Shown: positions 12,101-31,880 of the stretch, in pieces
How the letters are laid out: the number at the start of each line of letters is the position of its first letter
How positions within the stretch are numbered: position 1 is the first letter of the stretch
Source of the DNA: Malacoraja senta
Lineage: Eukaryota
DNA length: 64,000 bases
Assembly: GCA_038087875.1 (NCBI GenBank)
Contig: CM075997.1
Span: 620,001-684,000, forward strand
Reading direction: 5' to 3'
Notes under the pieces: generated by a model
The model's database searches: none
Told to the model about the DNA's origin: nothing
Seen by the model: only the letters and a program-made list of their open reading frames with translations
Translations under genes and position numbers: made by a program

Positions 12101-15057
12101 TAAATGATCCTAGTATGTAAGTGAGTGGTGGAAACAATGTGAAGAGTAAACTGGGGATTGGTGTAGATGAGTAATGGTCAACATGGACAGAGTGGTATAT
12201 GATTATGTCATAATATAATTATCTGAATGATTTAGTGCGGGCACTGGGGCGCAGAGAGTAGAGTTCCTGTCTTACAGCGCCAGAGACCCGAGTTTGATCC
12301 TGACTACGGGTGCTGTCTGTATGGAGTTTGTATGTTCTTCATATGACCACCTGGGTTTTCTGAGAGTGCTCCACATTCAAAGACGCACACGTTTATATGT
12401 TAATTGGCTTCTGCAAAATTGTAAATTGTCCTTAGTGTGTGTAGGATAGTGTTAGCGTGCGGGGATCGCTGGTTGGTGTGGACTCGGTGGGCCAAATGGC
12501 CTATTTCCACACTGTGTCTCAAGTCTGAAGGAATGAATTGCTTCTATTGCAGCCCTTGATGCTGAGTTTGACAGGAACATGGCTGCAGTGTGCTATACCT
12601 CGAGTTTGGATGAGAACTGACTAGAGATGCTAATCATCAGATGTGGGTGTTTCCCGCAAGGCCGGGGTTTGTTGATTACTACAAGGAGATGGTTGTTAAA
12701 ATGAGACAAGTGTCATAGAGCTTTGAAGCCCTTGGGCCATATGGTCCATGCTGACCAAGTGACCCATTCATGTATGGTCATACTTGCCTACACATGGCCC
12801 AAATTCCTCCAAACCGTTCCTTCCCATGAACCTATCCCATGTTTTGTCCAACTCTGTACTCAATGAAGGCTTGTGTGCCAAATGCCACCTTTCTACATGT
12901 CCATTCACCTTCCTGCAATTGCGTGTCTCCAATGCTGTGTGTCTCTTTTCATCAGAGCACCCCACCATTAACTGAGCAAGTCTGCCAAAATGTAAAACCT
13001 CACATTCACCTGAATTTAACTCCATTCTCCAATCCTTTGCCCAGTTGAACAAGATCTTGTAATCATTGGGTGCTTGCCTGTACGGAGTTTGTACATTCTC
13101 CTCGTGACAGCTTGGGTTATCTCGTGAGATCTTTGGTTTCGTCCCACACTCCGAAGACGTACAGGTTTGTAGGTTAATTGGCTTGGCATGAATGTAAAAT
13201 TGTCCCTAGTGTGTGTGTAGGATAATGCTAATGTGTGGGGAATACTGGTCGATGCGGACTTGATGGGCCGAAGGGCCTGGTTCTGCTCTGTATCTCTAAA
13301 CTAAACTAAATATACATAATCTCCTTCATTGTCCACTATATCAACAATTTTGGTGCAATCTTTTAATACTATCTTTTCCTCAAATTTATACGCAGTCTTA
13401 AAGAAATCCTGAGTGAAAACTGTATATAAAAACTGACATCAAACAATGCTTCTTTGGTGAATTTGACCTTCCCATTTGTAAAGCACAGTTTGATTGAGAA
13501 TGGATTTTGTGTCTATCTTCTGATTGAGGATGGTAGTGGTTTGGTTTGCTTAACAGAATAGCCATTCACTTTGTACTTTTTGTAAAATCGCTCTGCCCGA
13601 GATTGTCTTTATCTCGTAAGAATAGTTTTCATCCAGAAATCTTTCTCATTCCACAGTTGGCAGTAACCAAATACGAGGAGATGTTTCCAGCCTTCTCAGA
13701 TTCCAGGGAGTGTAAACTTGTCAAGAAACTCCTGGATGCTTTTGAAGAAGAATGTTGATGGCTACACTGATGCAGTAAGTGTTTTGAGATTGCAGGCAAC
13801 ATTTCCATTGCACCAAGTGACTTGTGCACATACTGAGAGTGAAATAAGCAAATGTTATAATATTCAGCATCTATGGGAAATTAAACTGCTAGTGTTTCAA
13901 GTCAGATATAATCATTTGAACTGAAATGTTATCATCACATCGCATAGGAATAGTTTGATATCTTGGACAGCAGTGTCTGAACTGGGAACAGTCTGGTTAA
14001 AGTGGTGTCACCAGGAACAGCAGAAGCTGCAATCCTGAGTAGAACACAGCATAGTGGCGCAGCGGTAGAGCTGCTGCCTCACATCGCCAGAGACCAGGAT
14101 TCAATCCTGACCTCAGCTGCTGTGTGCATGGAGTTTGTACGTTCTCGCTGTGACTTACGTGGGTTTTCTCCAGGTGCTCGGTTTCATCCCACAGTCCAAA
14201 GATGTAATGTTTGTAGGCTAATGGGCTTCAGTAAAAAACAATGTCAAATTGTCCCTGGTGTGTAGGATAATGTTAGTGTACGGGATGATTACTTGATGGC
14301 ACGATCACTGTGGGCCGAAGGGCCTGTTTCTATGCTGTATCTCAAAAGTCTAATGGTGCTGGAGTAACTCGTCAGGTCAGGCCAGGCAGCATGTCTGGAG
14401 GATGTGGCTAGGTGACATTTTGGTCTGGACCTTTCTTCATATTGATTGCAGTACGGGCGGGGGAGAAAGCTGGAAAAGAGGTGGGGTAGAACATAATCTT
14501 GCAAGTGGAATTGGAAGTGTTTGCACATTAGTCTGGGTGTCCGAGGTTATGGGGAGAAGGCAGGAGAATGGGGTTAGGAGGGAGAGATAGATCAGCCATG
14601 ATTGAATAGTGGTGGAAACTTGATGGGCCGAATGGCCTAATTCTACTATCACTTATGACAAGTGATGGGTGGATATAGATGGGGAGAGTTTTCACTGGCA
14701 GATGGTGTGACAAAAGACAGGTGAGACATGGGTGACAATGCTTTTCACTGTACCTCAGTACACGCGACAATAAACTAAACTGAACAATGGAATGTAAAGC
14801 CAGAGGGAGGGATATAGGCAAAATGAGGTGGGGGGGAGAAGAAAGGGGAGCAGGACAGTGATATAAATGGATGCGCACCAGGGTGGAGGGCTAGACAAGT
14901 CAGTGCTTTAGTGATGATTATGAGTTTCTATTTGAAAGCAACTTTCTCCTTGCAGGTGAAGGAGTACGATTCCATCTCACGGTTGGACCAGTGGTTGACG
15001 ACCATGCTGCTGCGAATCAAGAAGACCCTTCATGCAGAGCCGACTGACCTATGTTAG
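166..15057 (+). CDS. NAPA: Alpha-soluble NSF attachment protein (alpha-SNAP), 10 coding exons
   Basis: GT-AG exons at 166-263 ([21 protein letters not shown]..), 5559-5637, 7067-7182 ([38 protein letters not shown]), 7674-7720, 8409-8485, 8952-9007 ([18 protein letters not shown]), 10194-10278, 11817-11920 ([18 protein letters not shown]), 13657-13774 and 14956-15057 ([27 protein letters not shown]). Lies directly upstream of KPTN on the same strand, as in human, which favours NAPA over NAPB. Five exons are 1-2 nt short, probably assembly errors. Confidence 0.93.
345..1110. repeat. About 22-25 bp minisatellite (TTGTTGTGGGTGCCCCCTCCCC)n in NAPA intron 1
   Basis: About 30 direct units; source of the spurious Pro/Gly-rich ORFs. 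Confidence 0.95.
1191..1368. repeat. About 90-bp tandem duplication
   Basis: gacatcatggtgctgatgtggg..gtagtcattagt occurs twice, starting at 1191 and 1281. Confidence 0.9.
2555..2810 (-). mobile_element. Rex1/Babar- or L2-like LINE RT C-terminal fragment
   Basis: [30 protein letters not shown] motifs. Confidence 0.65.
4314..4722 (-). mobile_element. Short non-autonomous RTE-like retroelement fused to the H3 retrocopy
   Basis: Homologous over about 400 bp to 34603-35026 in the opposite orientation. Contains the RTE-type 5'UTR motif CTAGGAGAGGGAAAACTCTGATTTAAAACC. Confidence 0.75.
4726..5112 (-). pseudogene. 5'-truncated retrocopy of replication-dependent histone H3 with its 3' stem-loop, in NAPA intron 1
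   Basis: Intronless and frameshifted: [50 protein letters not shown] (SAVM is H3.1/H3.2 type). Stop at 4772-4774, then the histone stem-loop at 4746-4731. Confidence 0.92.
4731..4746 (-). other. Histone 3' stem-loop
   Basis: Minus strand reads aacaaac-GGCTCT-TTTA-AGGGCC-actaa, matching the histone stem-loop consensus, about 25 nt after the H3 stop. Confidence 0.9.
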
Positions 15058-16654
15058 GAAGAACTGTTTGTGTATTAACAACAATCTCTGGTCAAAATCT
15101 GGAAGGAGGGGGAGGGAAGGGAACAAATGGTTTTTGATTTTTTTGTTTTAATCTGCAAATTGAACGTGAAGATGCATTCCAGAATTGGAAGCGTTTGAAC
15201 ATTTTTTTGCATTTAAGATAAATATTCTGTTGCAGGTTGGACTATAGTAAGCTGTAATTTTTGAAGCAAATCCCGTGAACCATAGATTTTCCTTTTTCCT
15301 CTGTCCTTGCAAGAGTTCTCTGTATAAATGCAAGTTACCCTCTGTGTGGCTTTAATGATTATTATATTATAACTGTAGCAATATAAACTAATCCAGGGAT
15401 TAGCATGAAGATTTGGTGAGTGCCTCGTGATCATCTGGTTTGCTCTGCTCAGGTTTGTCTTCCTGCGTTTTGCTCGTCAGCCTGGCGCTAGCTGCCTTGC
15501 AGACCCTTGCTGAAAATACAGGACCAGATCAGCCTTGGCTACGATGCCTTCTGCAGTTGAACAGCTGGCCATTGCTACCTTGGGTTCCCCCAGGGATCAA
15601 CCAACTCAAAGTAAAAATAGTTTTATTTCTGGAGGTCGGAGGGGAGGGGGGAGGAGGTGTGGATGTAAGTAGGTCAAAGGGTTTGGGAATATGTTAAAAC
15701 TATTAGGCAAAATATTTTAACCTGAATTTCCCCGTCTATTTGATTCATCAGTTGTACACTTAAGTTATTTTGGGAGGTTTTTATAGTAGCACTTGTCGAG
15801 GGTGTGTGGGACATGTACGCTGTCTAAATAAGCCAGCTAAAGGTCATGTATATTCACTGCACAGGTAGCCAGCCGAGAGGGAGGTTGTTCCGTGTGGTTA
15901 CAAGCTGAACTAGTTGCACCCATGTATAAATACACATTATAATTTTTTAGATCTAAATAAATAATGGCAGTTGTACCACCTTGTGTCGTTTTAGAGTGTT
16001 TATTATTTATTCTCAGAGGAAGGGCGCCATTGCAAGACCCTTTATTGAAATTCAAAATTGCAAATGCCGGAGTTCCAGATGCAGATATTAAAGATATTCT
16101 TTCCTACCCTAATAACAAACTACTTTTGGTATGGTGATAACACACCAAACAAAGTAGTATTTAGTTTCATTTTAGAGATACAGCACGGAAACAGGCCCAC
16201 CGAGTCTGCTCTGACCAGCGATCCCCACACATTAACACTATCCTGCACACACTAGGGATAATTTTACATTTATACCAAGCCAATTAACCTACAAACCTGT
16301 ACATCTGTGGGGTGTGGAGGAAACGGAAGATCTCGGAGAAAACCCACGTCACGGGGAGAAGATACAAACTCCGTACAGACAAGTACCGTAGTCAGGATCA
16401 AACCCGGGTGTCTGGTGCTACAAGGCATTAGCTCCACCACTATGCCCCCCCCCCCCCCCCCCCCCCTGCATATGGTACAAGGTATATTTTATTTCTAACC
16501 TTTGCTTCAACATAATGCTTCTGTCAAGCACCAATCTGACAGTCACCTGTAAAACTGCTTGGTCAAAACCTTGGTAAATTTTGCAGACCAGAAATGTAAT
16601 GGAACGAGCTGCCATTAAGCCCTTCAAATCTGTTGCAGTTGTAGAAGACGTTAG

Positions 16655-17205
16655 TGAGACCGCATCTATAATATTGTGTTCAGTTCTGGGCACCATGTTA
16701 TAGGAAAGATATTGTCAAGCTTGAAAGGGTTCAGAAAAAAAATTACGAGGATGTTGCGAGGACTAGACAGTGTAGCTATAGGGAGAGGTTGAATGGGCTG
16801 GGTCTCTATTCCATGGTGCGCAGGAGTATGAGGGATGATCTTATAGAGGTGTACAAAATCATGAGAGGAATAGATTGGGTAAATGCACAGAGTCTCTTGC
16901 CCAGAGAAGGGGAATCAAGGACCAGAGGACATCGGTTTAAGGTGAAGGGGAAAAGATTTAATAGGAATCCCAGGGGTAATTATTTCACACAAAGGGTGGT
17001 GGGTGTATGGAACAGGCTGCCAGAGGAGGTAGTTGAGGCTGGGACTATCCCAACATTTAAGAACAGTTAGACAGGTACATGGATAGGACAGGTTTGGAGG
17101 GATATGGGCCAAACGCAGGCAAGTGGGACTAGTGTAGCTGGGACATGTTGGCCGGTGTGGGCGAGTTGGGCCGAAGGGCCTGTTTCCACACTATCGCTCT
17201 GTAAC
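16655..17205 (+). mobile_element. CR1-clade LINE 3' fragment (second subfamily)
   Basis: ..GLYSMVRRSMRDDLIEVYKIMRG..FTQRVVGVWNRLPEEVVEAG. Confidence 0.85.
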
Positions 17206-17539
17206 TCTCAAGATTCAAGAGAGTTTATTGTCATGTGTCCTGGTAGGACAATGAAATTCTTGCTTTGCTTCAGCACAACAGAACATAGTAGGCATGTACA
17301 CAAAAATGCTGGAGAAACTCAGCGGGTGCAGCAGCATCTATGGAGCGAAGGAAATAGGCAACGTTTTGGGCCGAAACCCTTCTTCAGACTCAGAACATAG
17401 TAGGCATGTTATTGTACCGCTGCTGGCAAATTCATTTCACTTGCACCTATGTGCAATGTGACGAATAAAACCTTATTGTATTGTTGTATTGCATGACTAC
17501 AGAACAGATCAGTGTGTCCATATACCATTGTATGAATAT

Positions 17540-18335
17540 ATCCACTTTGGTGGCAAAAACAGGAAAGCAGACTATTATCTAAATGGTGGCCGATTAGGAA
17601 AAGGGGAGATGCAGCGAGACCTGGGTGTCATGGTACACCAGTCATTGAAAGTAGGCATGCAGGTGCAGCAGGCAGTGAAGAAAGCGAATGGTATGTTGGC
17701 CTTCATAGCAAGAGGATTTGAGTATAGGAGCAGGGAGGTTCTACTGCAGTTGTACAGAGTCTTGGTGAGACCACACCTGGAGTATTGCGTACAGTTTTGG
17801 TCTCCAAATCTGAGGAAGGACCATTATAGCCATAGAGGGAGTGCAGAGAAGGTTCACCAGACTGATTCCTGGGATGTCAGGACTTTCATATGAAGAAAGA
17901 CTGGATAGACTTGGCTTATACTCGCTAGAATTTAGGAGATTGAGAGGGGATCTTATAGAAACGTACAAAATTCTTATGGGGTTGGACAGGCTAGATGCAG
18001 GAAGATTGTTCCCGATGTTGGGGAAGTCCAGGACAAGGGGTCACAGCTTAAGGATAAGGGGGAAATCCTTTAAGACCGAGATGAGGAAAAACTTTTTCAC
18101 ACAGAGAGTGGTGAATCTCTGGAACTCTCTGCCACAGAGGGTAGTTGAGGCCAGTTCATTGGCTATATTTAAGAGGGAGTTAGATGTGGCCCTTGTGGCT
18201 AAAGGGATCAGGGGGTATGGAGAGAAGGCAGGTACAGGATACTGAGTTGGATGATCAGCCATGATCATATTGAATGGCGGTGCAGGCTCGAAGGGCCGAA
18301 TGGCCTACTCCTGCACCTATTTCTATGTATCTATA
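17540..18335 (+). mobile_element. CR1-clade LINE 3' fragment (end of ORF2 plus 3'UTR)
   Basis: ORFs ..RDLGVMVHQSLK..LYRVLVRPHLEYCVQFWSP and ..[42 protein letters not shown] are diagnostic of the CR1 ORF2 C-terminus. Confidence 0.92.
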
Positions 18336-18429
18336 ACTCTACAAAGCCCATCTTGCCCATGCTGAGCAACAAAATGCCAGACCACCATCTTTGAGAGGGG
18401 CAAGTAGCCACTGCTGAGACGTCATTTTA

Positions 18430-18565
18430 AAGCGACACTGGAGGCGAGTTCCCTGCCAGCCGCCATCTTTGTGAGGGGCGTCCCGAGCGTGAACACGTCA
18501 TATTAGGGCGTCTCCGCCGCAGTTGAGGCCCCCCCCGTGGGCTGTCGAACGCCTGCGCTCCAGTC
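18430..18565 (+). promoter_or_regulatory. KPTN CpG promoter and 5'UTR
   Basis: CpG-rich, with a YY1-like GCCGCCATCTT at 18459-18469, just upstream of the ATG. Confidence 0.55.
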
Positions 18566-26724
<8,159 letters not shown>

Positions 26725-26764
26725 GTTAGTGCCGTCACCACTGGGAAGTCGTTGATCCCCTGAA

Positions 26765-26964
26765 NNNNNNNNNNNNNNNNNNNNNNNNNNNNNNNNNNNN
26801 NNNNNNNNNNNNNNNNNNNNNNNNNNNNNNNNNNNNNNNNNNNNNNNNNNNNNNNNNNNNNNNNNNNNNNNNNNNNNNNNNNNNNNNNNNNNNNNNNNNN
26901 NNNNNNNNNNNNNNNNNNNNNNNNNNNNNNNNNNNNNNNNNNNNNNNNNNNNNNNNNNNNNNNN
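26765..26964. other. Assembly gap (200 N)
   Basis: Run of N. Confidence 1.
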
Positions 26965-27337
26965 TCGATTTTTCCAGCATCTGCAGTTCTTTCTTAAGCA
27001 GAGATAATATGTCATCAGGGACAGTCAGACTGGTCGGAGAACTGGGAAGGGTCTCGACCCGAAACGTCACCCATTCCTTCTCTTCAGAGATGCTTACTGT
27101 CCCGCTGAGTTACTCCAACTTTTTGTGTCTACCTTCAGCTTAGCTTTAAGGTGGGAGAGGCAAGTTTTGCATCTTTTGGAACAGAGGGGAAAAGCTGAAG
27201 AGAGTCTTAAGTGAATGATTTAATGTTATGATTAAGCCAGTGGATTTGGACAGAGAGAATAAAAGGAAGGAAGGGAAATAACATATAAGATGTGGATAAT
27301 CCTCTCAGAAAATATTAATGTTTGAAGCTGTACGTAC

Positions 27338-30300
27338 TTTCAGACACATCCAACTGCCCGCTTGCTTCCCCTTGGGAATCTGGGCTCTGAAATAAAACAA
27401 AACAAAGAAAACCTTTTTCAGCTTTTGATACAATGCCTCACCTGTGTCGATCCACTAAGATAGACTGGGCTTGTATTCACTGCAATTTATTTTTTTAATG
27501 ATATTTTTATTAGAAGCAAAGACATATTATGGTAAAAACATTTCATGTATATCAATCATACATTATTAATATTATCAATTGTGGATTGATTCTGCTTCTA
27601 GTTTTTTTTTAATAGATAGAAAGTAAGAAAGATGGATGAAAGGGGATCTTATAGAAATATAAAATGCTTAAGGGATTGGACTGGCTAGTTAGTGAAGGCA
27701 GGAATATGCTTCCAGTTAGCTGACTAACAAACCCTACATCGTGCATGAAGTGGGCCTCACCCAAGGTTCACAATGTGAGTACAATAATAATGTTTATCTT
27801 CCTGATCATGCCAGATCATATGGATAAGACACCTTTAAATTTGAATAATAGTAGCATTTACCAGCGGCAAACAAACACATTTTTTTTTATTATTTAATAA
27901 AATGATTTCCCTACCTCACTTTCAGAGTCTGTACCAGTCTTTGGATCTGAAGGTGATGAAGGAAAAAAATGTTTATTTAGTTTTAGTGTTTAGTTTTAGA
28001 GATACAGCGGGGAAACAGGCCCTTCAGCCTCATGGGTCCGCGTCGACCAGCGATCCCCGCACATTAACACGAACCTACACCCACTAGGGACAATATTTAC
28101 ATTTACCAATTAACCTACAAAACCCGCCAAGCCAATTAACCTACAAACCTGCTCGTCTTTGGAGTGCGGGAGGAAACCGAAGATCTCGGGGAAAACCCAC
28201 ACAGGTCACGGGAAGAATGTACAAACTCCGTACAGACAGCACTCGTGGTCGGGATCGAACCCGGGTCTCCAGCGCTGCATTCGCTGTAAGGCAGCAACCC
28301 TACCGCTGCACCACCGTGACCGCCCGGTAAATTTTAAGATAATTTAATCAGAAAGGAAGGATTTACCACATCAACATTTGATTTGTTAAATGGAGACACA
28401 AAGGAATTGCAGAAGCTGGTCTGAAGAAAGGTCCCGACCCAAATTGTCACCTACTGTATACATTTCCTCCAGAGATGCCGCCTGACCTAACCCAGCTACT
28501 CCAGCACAGGGTGTGTTATTGTGAGTTGTCACAGAACAGTATAACTAAGGGACAGGGTGGGTGTTATTGAGGGAGGGGGGTTACACACTAGAATTGGAGG
28601 GATAGTGTGAGTGTTATTGTAAGGGGAGTGTGAAGATGGTGGACCAGACAGAGTGGGTGTGATTGTGAGGGGATTATACACTAGAGATGAGGGAACAGTG
28701 ATTCAAGATTATTGTCATGTGTTCCTGATAGGACAATTAAATTCTTGCTTTGCTTCAGCACAACAGGGCATAGTAGGCATGAAGACAGAACAGATCAGTG
28801 TGTCCATATACCATTATATAAATATATACACACATGAATAAATAAACTGATAAAGTGCAAATAAATGGGCTATTAATGGGCTATTAATGTTCAGAGTTTT
28901 GTCTGAGGCGAGTTTAATAGCCTGATGGCTGTGGGGAAGTAGCTATTCCTGAACCTGGTTGTTGCAGTCATCAGGCTCCTGTACCTTCTACCTGGACTGT
29001 GGGTGTGACTGTGAGTTTGTCACAGGACAGTTTAACTCAGGAACAGAGTGGGTGTGATTGTCAGGGGAGTGTGGAGATGGTGGACCAGACAGAGTGGGTG
29101 TTATTGAGAGTGGGGATTACACATTAGAGTTGGGGGAACAGACTTTGTGTGATTGTGAGAGGGATTATACACTAGAGATGGAGGGATGGACTGGGTGAGA
29201 CTGTGAGTTGTCACAGGACAGTTTAACTAAGGGATAGAGTGGGTGTGATTGTGAGAGAGATTATAGACTAGAGATGGAGGGACAGAGTGGGTGTTATTGT
29301 CAGGGGAGGGTAGAGATAGAGGGATAGACTGGGTGAGACTGTGAGAGGGATTACACACTGGAGATGGAGGGATAGACTCTGTGAGTTGCCACAGGACAGT
29401 GTAACTAACATAGAAACATAGAAAATAGGTGCAGGAGCAGGCCATTCGGCCCTTCGAGCCTGCACCGCCATTCAATATGATCATGGCTGATCATCCAACT
29501 CAATATCCCGTACCTGCCTTCTCTCCATACCCCCTGATCCCTTTAGTCACAAGGGCCACATCTAACTCCCTCTTAAATATAGCCAAATGAACTGGCCTCA
29601 ACTACCCTCTGTGGCAGAGAGTTCCACAGATTCAGGGATAGAGTGTGTGTGATTGTGAGAGGTGATTATACACTAGAGATGGAGGGATAGAGTGGGTGTT
29701 ATTGTCAGGGGAGTGTAGAGATGGAGGGATAGAGTGTGTGTGATTGTGAGAGGGATTACACACTGGAGATGGAGGGATGGACTCTGTGAGTTGCCACAGG
29801 ACAGTTTAACTAAGGGATGGACTAGGTGTGACTGTGAGAGGGATTACACACTGGAGATGGAGGGATAGATTGGGTGTGATTGTGAGAGGGATTACACACT
29901 AGAGATGGAGGGATAGACTGGGTGTGATTGTGAGAGGGATTACACACTAGAGATGGAGGGATAGAGTGTGTGTGATTGTGAGAGGTGATTATACACTAGA
30001 GATGGAGGGATAGAGTGGGTGTGATTGTCAGGGGAGTGTAGAGATGGAGGGATAGAGTGTGTGTGATTGTGAGAGGGATTACACACTGGAGATGGAGGGA
30101 TGGACTCTGTGAGTTGCCACAGGACAGTTTAACTAAGGGATGGACTAGGTGTGACTGTGAGAGGGATTACACACTAGAGATGGAGGGATAGATTGGGTGT
30201 GATTGTGAGAGGGATTACACACTGGAGATGGAGGGATAGACTGGGTGTGATTGTCAGGGGTGTGTAGAGATGGAGGGATAGACTGGGTGAGACTGTGAGT

Positions 30301-30640
30301 TGCCACAGGACACTTTAACTCAGGGACAAACCCTCCCCCTGTCCCTTTAAATGAAGTCCCGCCCCTCCACTGAGCTGATAGGCTCCGCCCATCCGCACAC
30401 GCCCCTCCCCCGTCATCCCATTGGCCAGCCCCGGTGTCGGTCGCGTGACGTCACCGCGGCCCCGCCCCGGCGGCAGTTGACGTCCATTGTCGGGCCGGGC
30501 GGCGCCATTTGGCGGCAACAACGGGGCTCGGAGCGGAGCCTCTCCCCGCCCCCCGCTCCCCGCTCCCCGCTCCCCGCTCCCCGCTCCCCGTCCCGCCACC
30601 CGCCACCGGCGCCTCACGCTTCACCTTCTGGCTTCGACAT
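27338..30640 (-). CDS. SIRT2: NAD-dependent deacetylase sirtuin-2, first three coding exons (partial)
   Basis: Minus-strand exons 30640-30625 (16 nt, ATG), 27946-27915 (32 nt) and 27386-27338 (49 nt) splice in frame to MSKPEDPKTGTDSESESPDSQGEASGQLDVSE plus a final A. A 16-nt first exon, a 49-nt third exon ending in the A of the MDFLR Met and an acidic Ser-rich N-terminus all match the recalled vertebrate SIRT2 structure. The catalytic exons are not in the window. Confidence 0.6.
28510..30325. repeat. About 45-bp minisatellite in SIRT2 intron 1, interrupted by retroposon fragments
   Basis: Units of gagatggagggatagagtgggtgtgattgtgagagggattacacacta. Confidence 0.9.
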
Positions 30641-30800
30641 TGAGCCGATGTTTTCTGTCGCCAGCGCTCCCCGCCCACGCTCCCGGTCCCTCCCCCCGGT
30701 CCGACCCCGGAAATATTGTCCGGCCGAGCAACGGGGGACGTGAAGAAAGGTTCCGCCTTGAGCTCGGGTATTGTGGAGCCCAACCGTGTTTCATCGGCAA
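30340..30800. promoter_or_regulatory. CpG island at the SIRT2 5' end
   Basis: CpG-dense; GC boxes near 30359 and 30385, ATTGG at 30420, CRE TGACGTCA at 30446-30453 and YY1-like GCGCCATTT near 30503. Confidence 0.7.
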
Positions 30801-30809
30801 CTCGTCTGT

Positions 30810-31880
30810 TCAAATCAAGATTCAATTCAAGATTCAAGATTCAATTCTAGATCAAATTCAAGATTCAAGATCAAATTCAAGATCCAATTCTAGATCCAAT
30901 TCAAGATCAAATTCAAGATCAAATTCAAGATCCAATTCAAGATTCAAGATCAAATTCAAGATCAAGTTCAAGATCCAATTCTAGATCCAATTCAAGATTC
31001 AATTCAAGATCTAATTCTAGATCAAATTCAAGATTCAAGATCAAATTCAAGATCAAATTCAAAATCTAATTCTAGATCCAATTCAAGATTCAATTCAAGA
31101 TCTAATTCTAGATACAATTCCATACTCAATTCAAGACCCAATTCTAGATCAAATTCAAGATCCAATTCTAGATCAAATTCAAGATCCAATTCTAGATCCA
31201 ATTCAAGATTCAATTCAAGATCTAATTCTAGATACAATTCCGGATTCAATCAAGATCTAATTCCCGATTCAATTCAAGACCCAATTCAAGATTCAATTCA
31301 AGATCCAATTCTAGATCCAATTCAAGATCTAATTCTAACTACAATTCCATATTCAATTCAAGACCCAATTCTAGATCCAATTCCAGATTCAATTCAAGAC
31401 CCAATTCTAGATCCAATTCCAGATTCAATTCAAAACCCGATTCAATTCAAGATCCAATTCAAGATCCAATTCTAGATCCAATTCCAGATTCAATTCAAGA
31501 TCCAATTCAAGATCTAATTCTAGATCCAATTCAAGATCTAATTCTAACTACAATTCCATATTCAATTCAAGACCCAATTCTAGATCCAATTCCAGATTCA
31601 ATTCAAAACCCGATTCAATTCAAGATCCAATTCAAGATCAAATTCTAGATCCAATTCCAGATTCAATTCAAGATCCAATTCAAGATCTAATTCTAGATCC
31701 AATTCCAGATTCAATTCAAGACCCAATTCAAGACCCAATTCAAGATCTAATTCAAGATCTAATTCTAGATCCAATTCAAGATTCAATTCAAGATTCAAAT
31801 TCAAGACCCAATTCTAGACCCAATTCAAGATTCAATTCAAGACCCAATTCTAGACCTAATTCAAGACTCAATTCAAGAGC
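30810..31880. repeat. (AATTCAAGATCC)-type 6/12-mer satellite
   Basis: About 1.07 kb of TTCAAGA/TTCTAGA/TCCAA variants; produces the spurious LELD ORFs. Confidence 0.95.

Noticed and set aside
166..15057. NAPA as a pseudogene
   Set aside because: The indels look like sequencing errors, while the protein sequence, splice sites, CpG start and synteny are intact.
28510..30325. CRISPR-like regularly spaced repeats (also at 38652-38908)
   Set aside because: No unique spacers, vertebrate context and no cas genes; these are ordinary tandem repeats.
31028..31804. LELD leucine-repeat ORFs
   Set aside because: Artefact of the 6/12-mer satellite.
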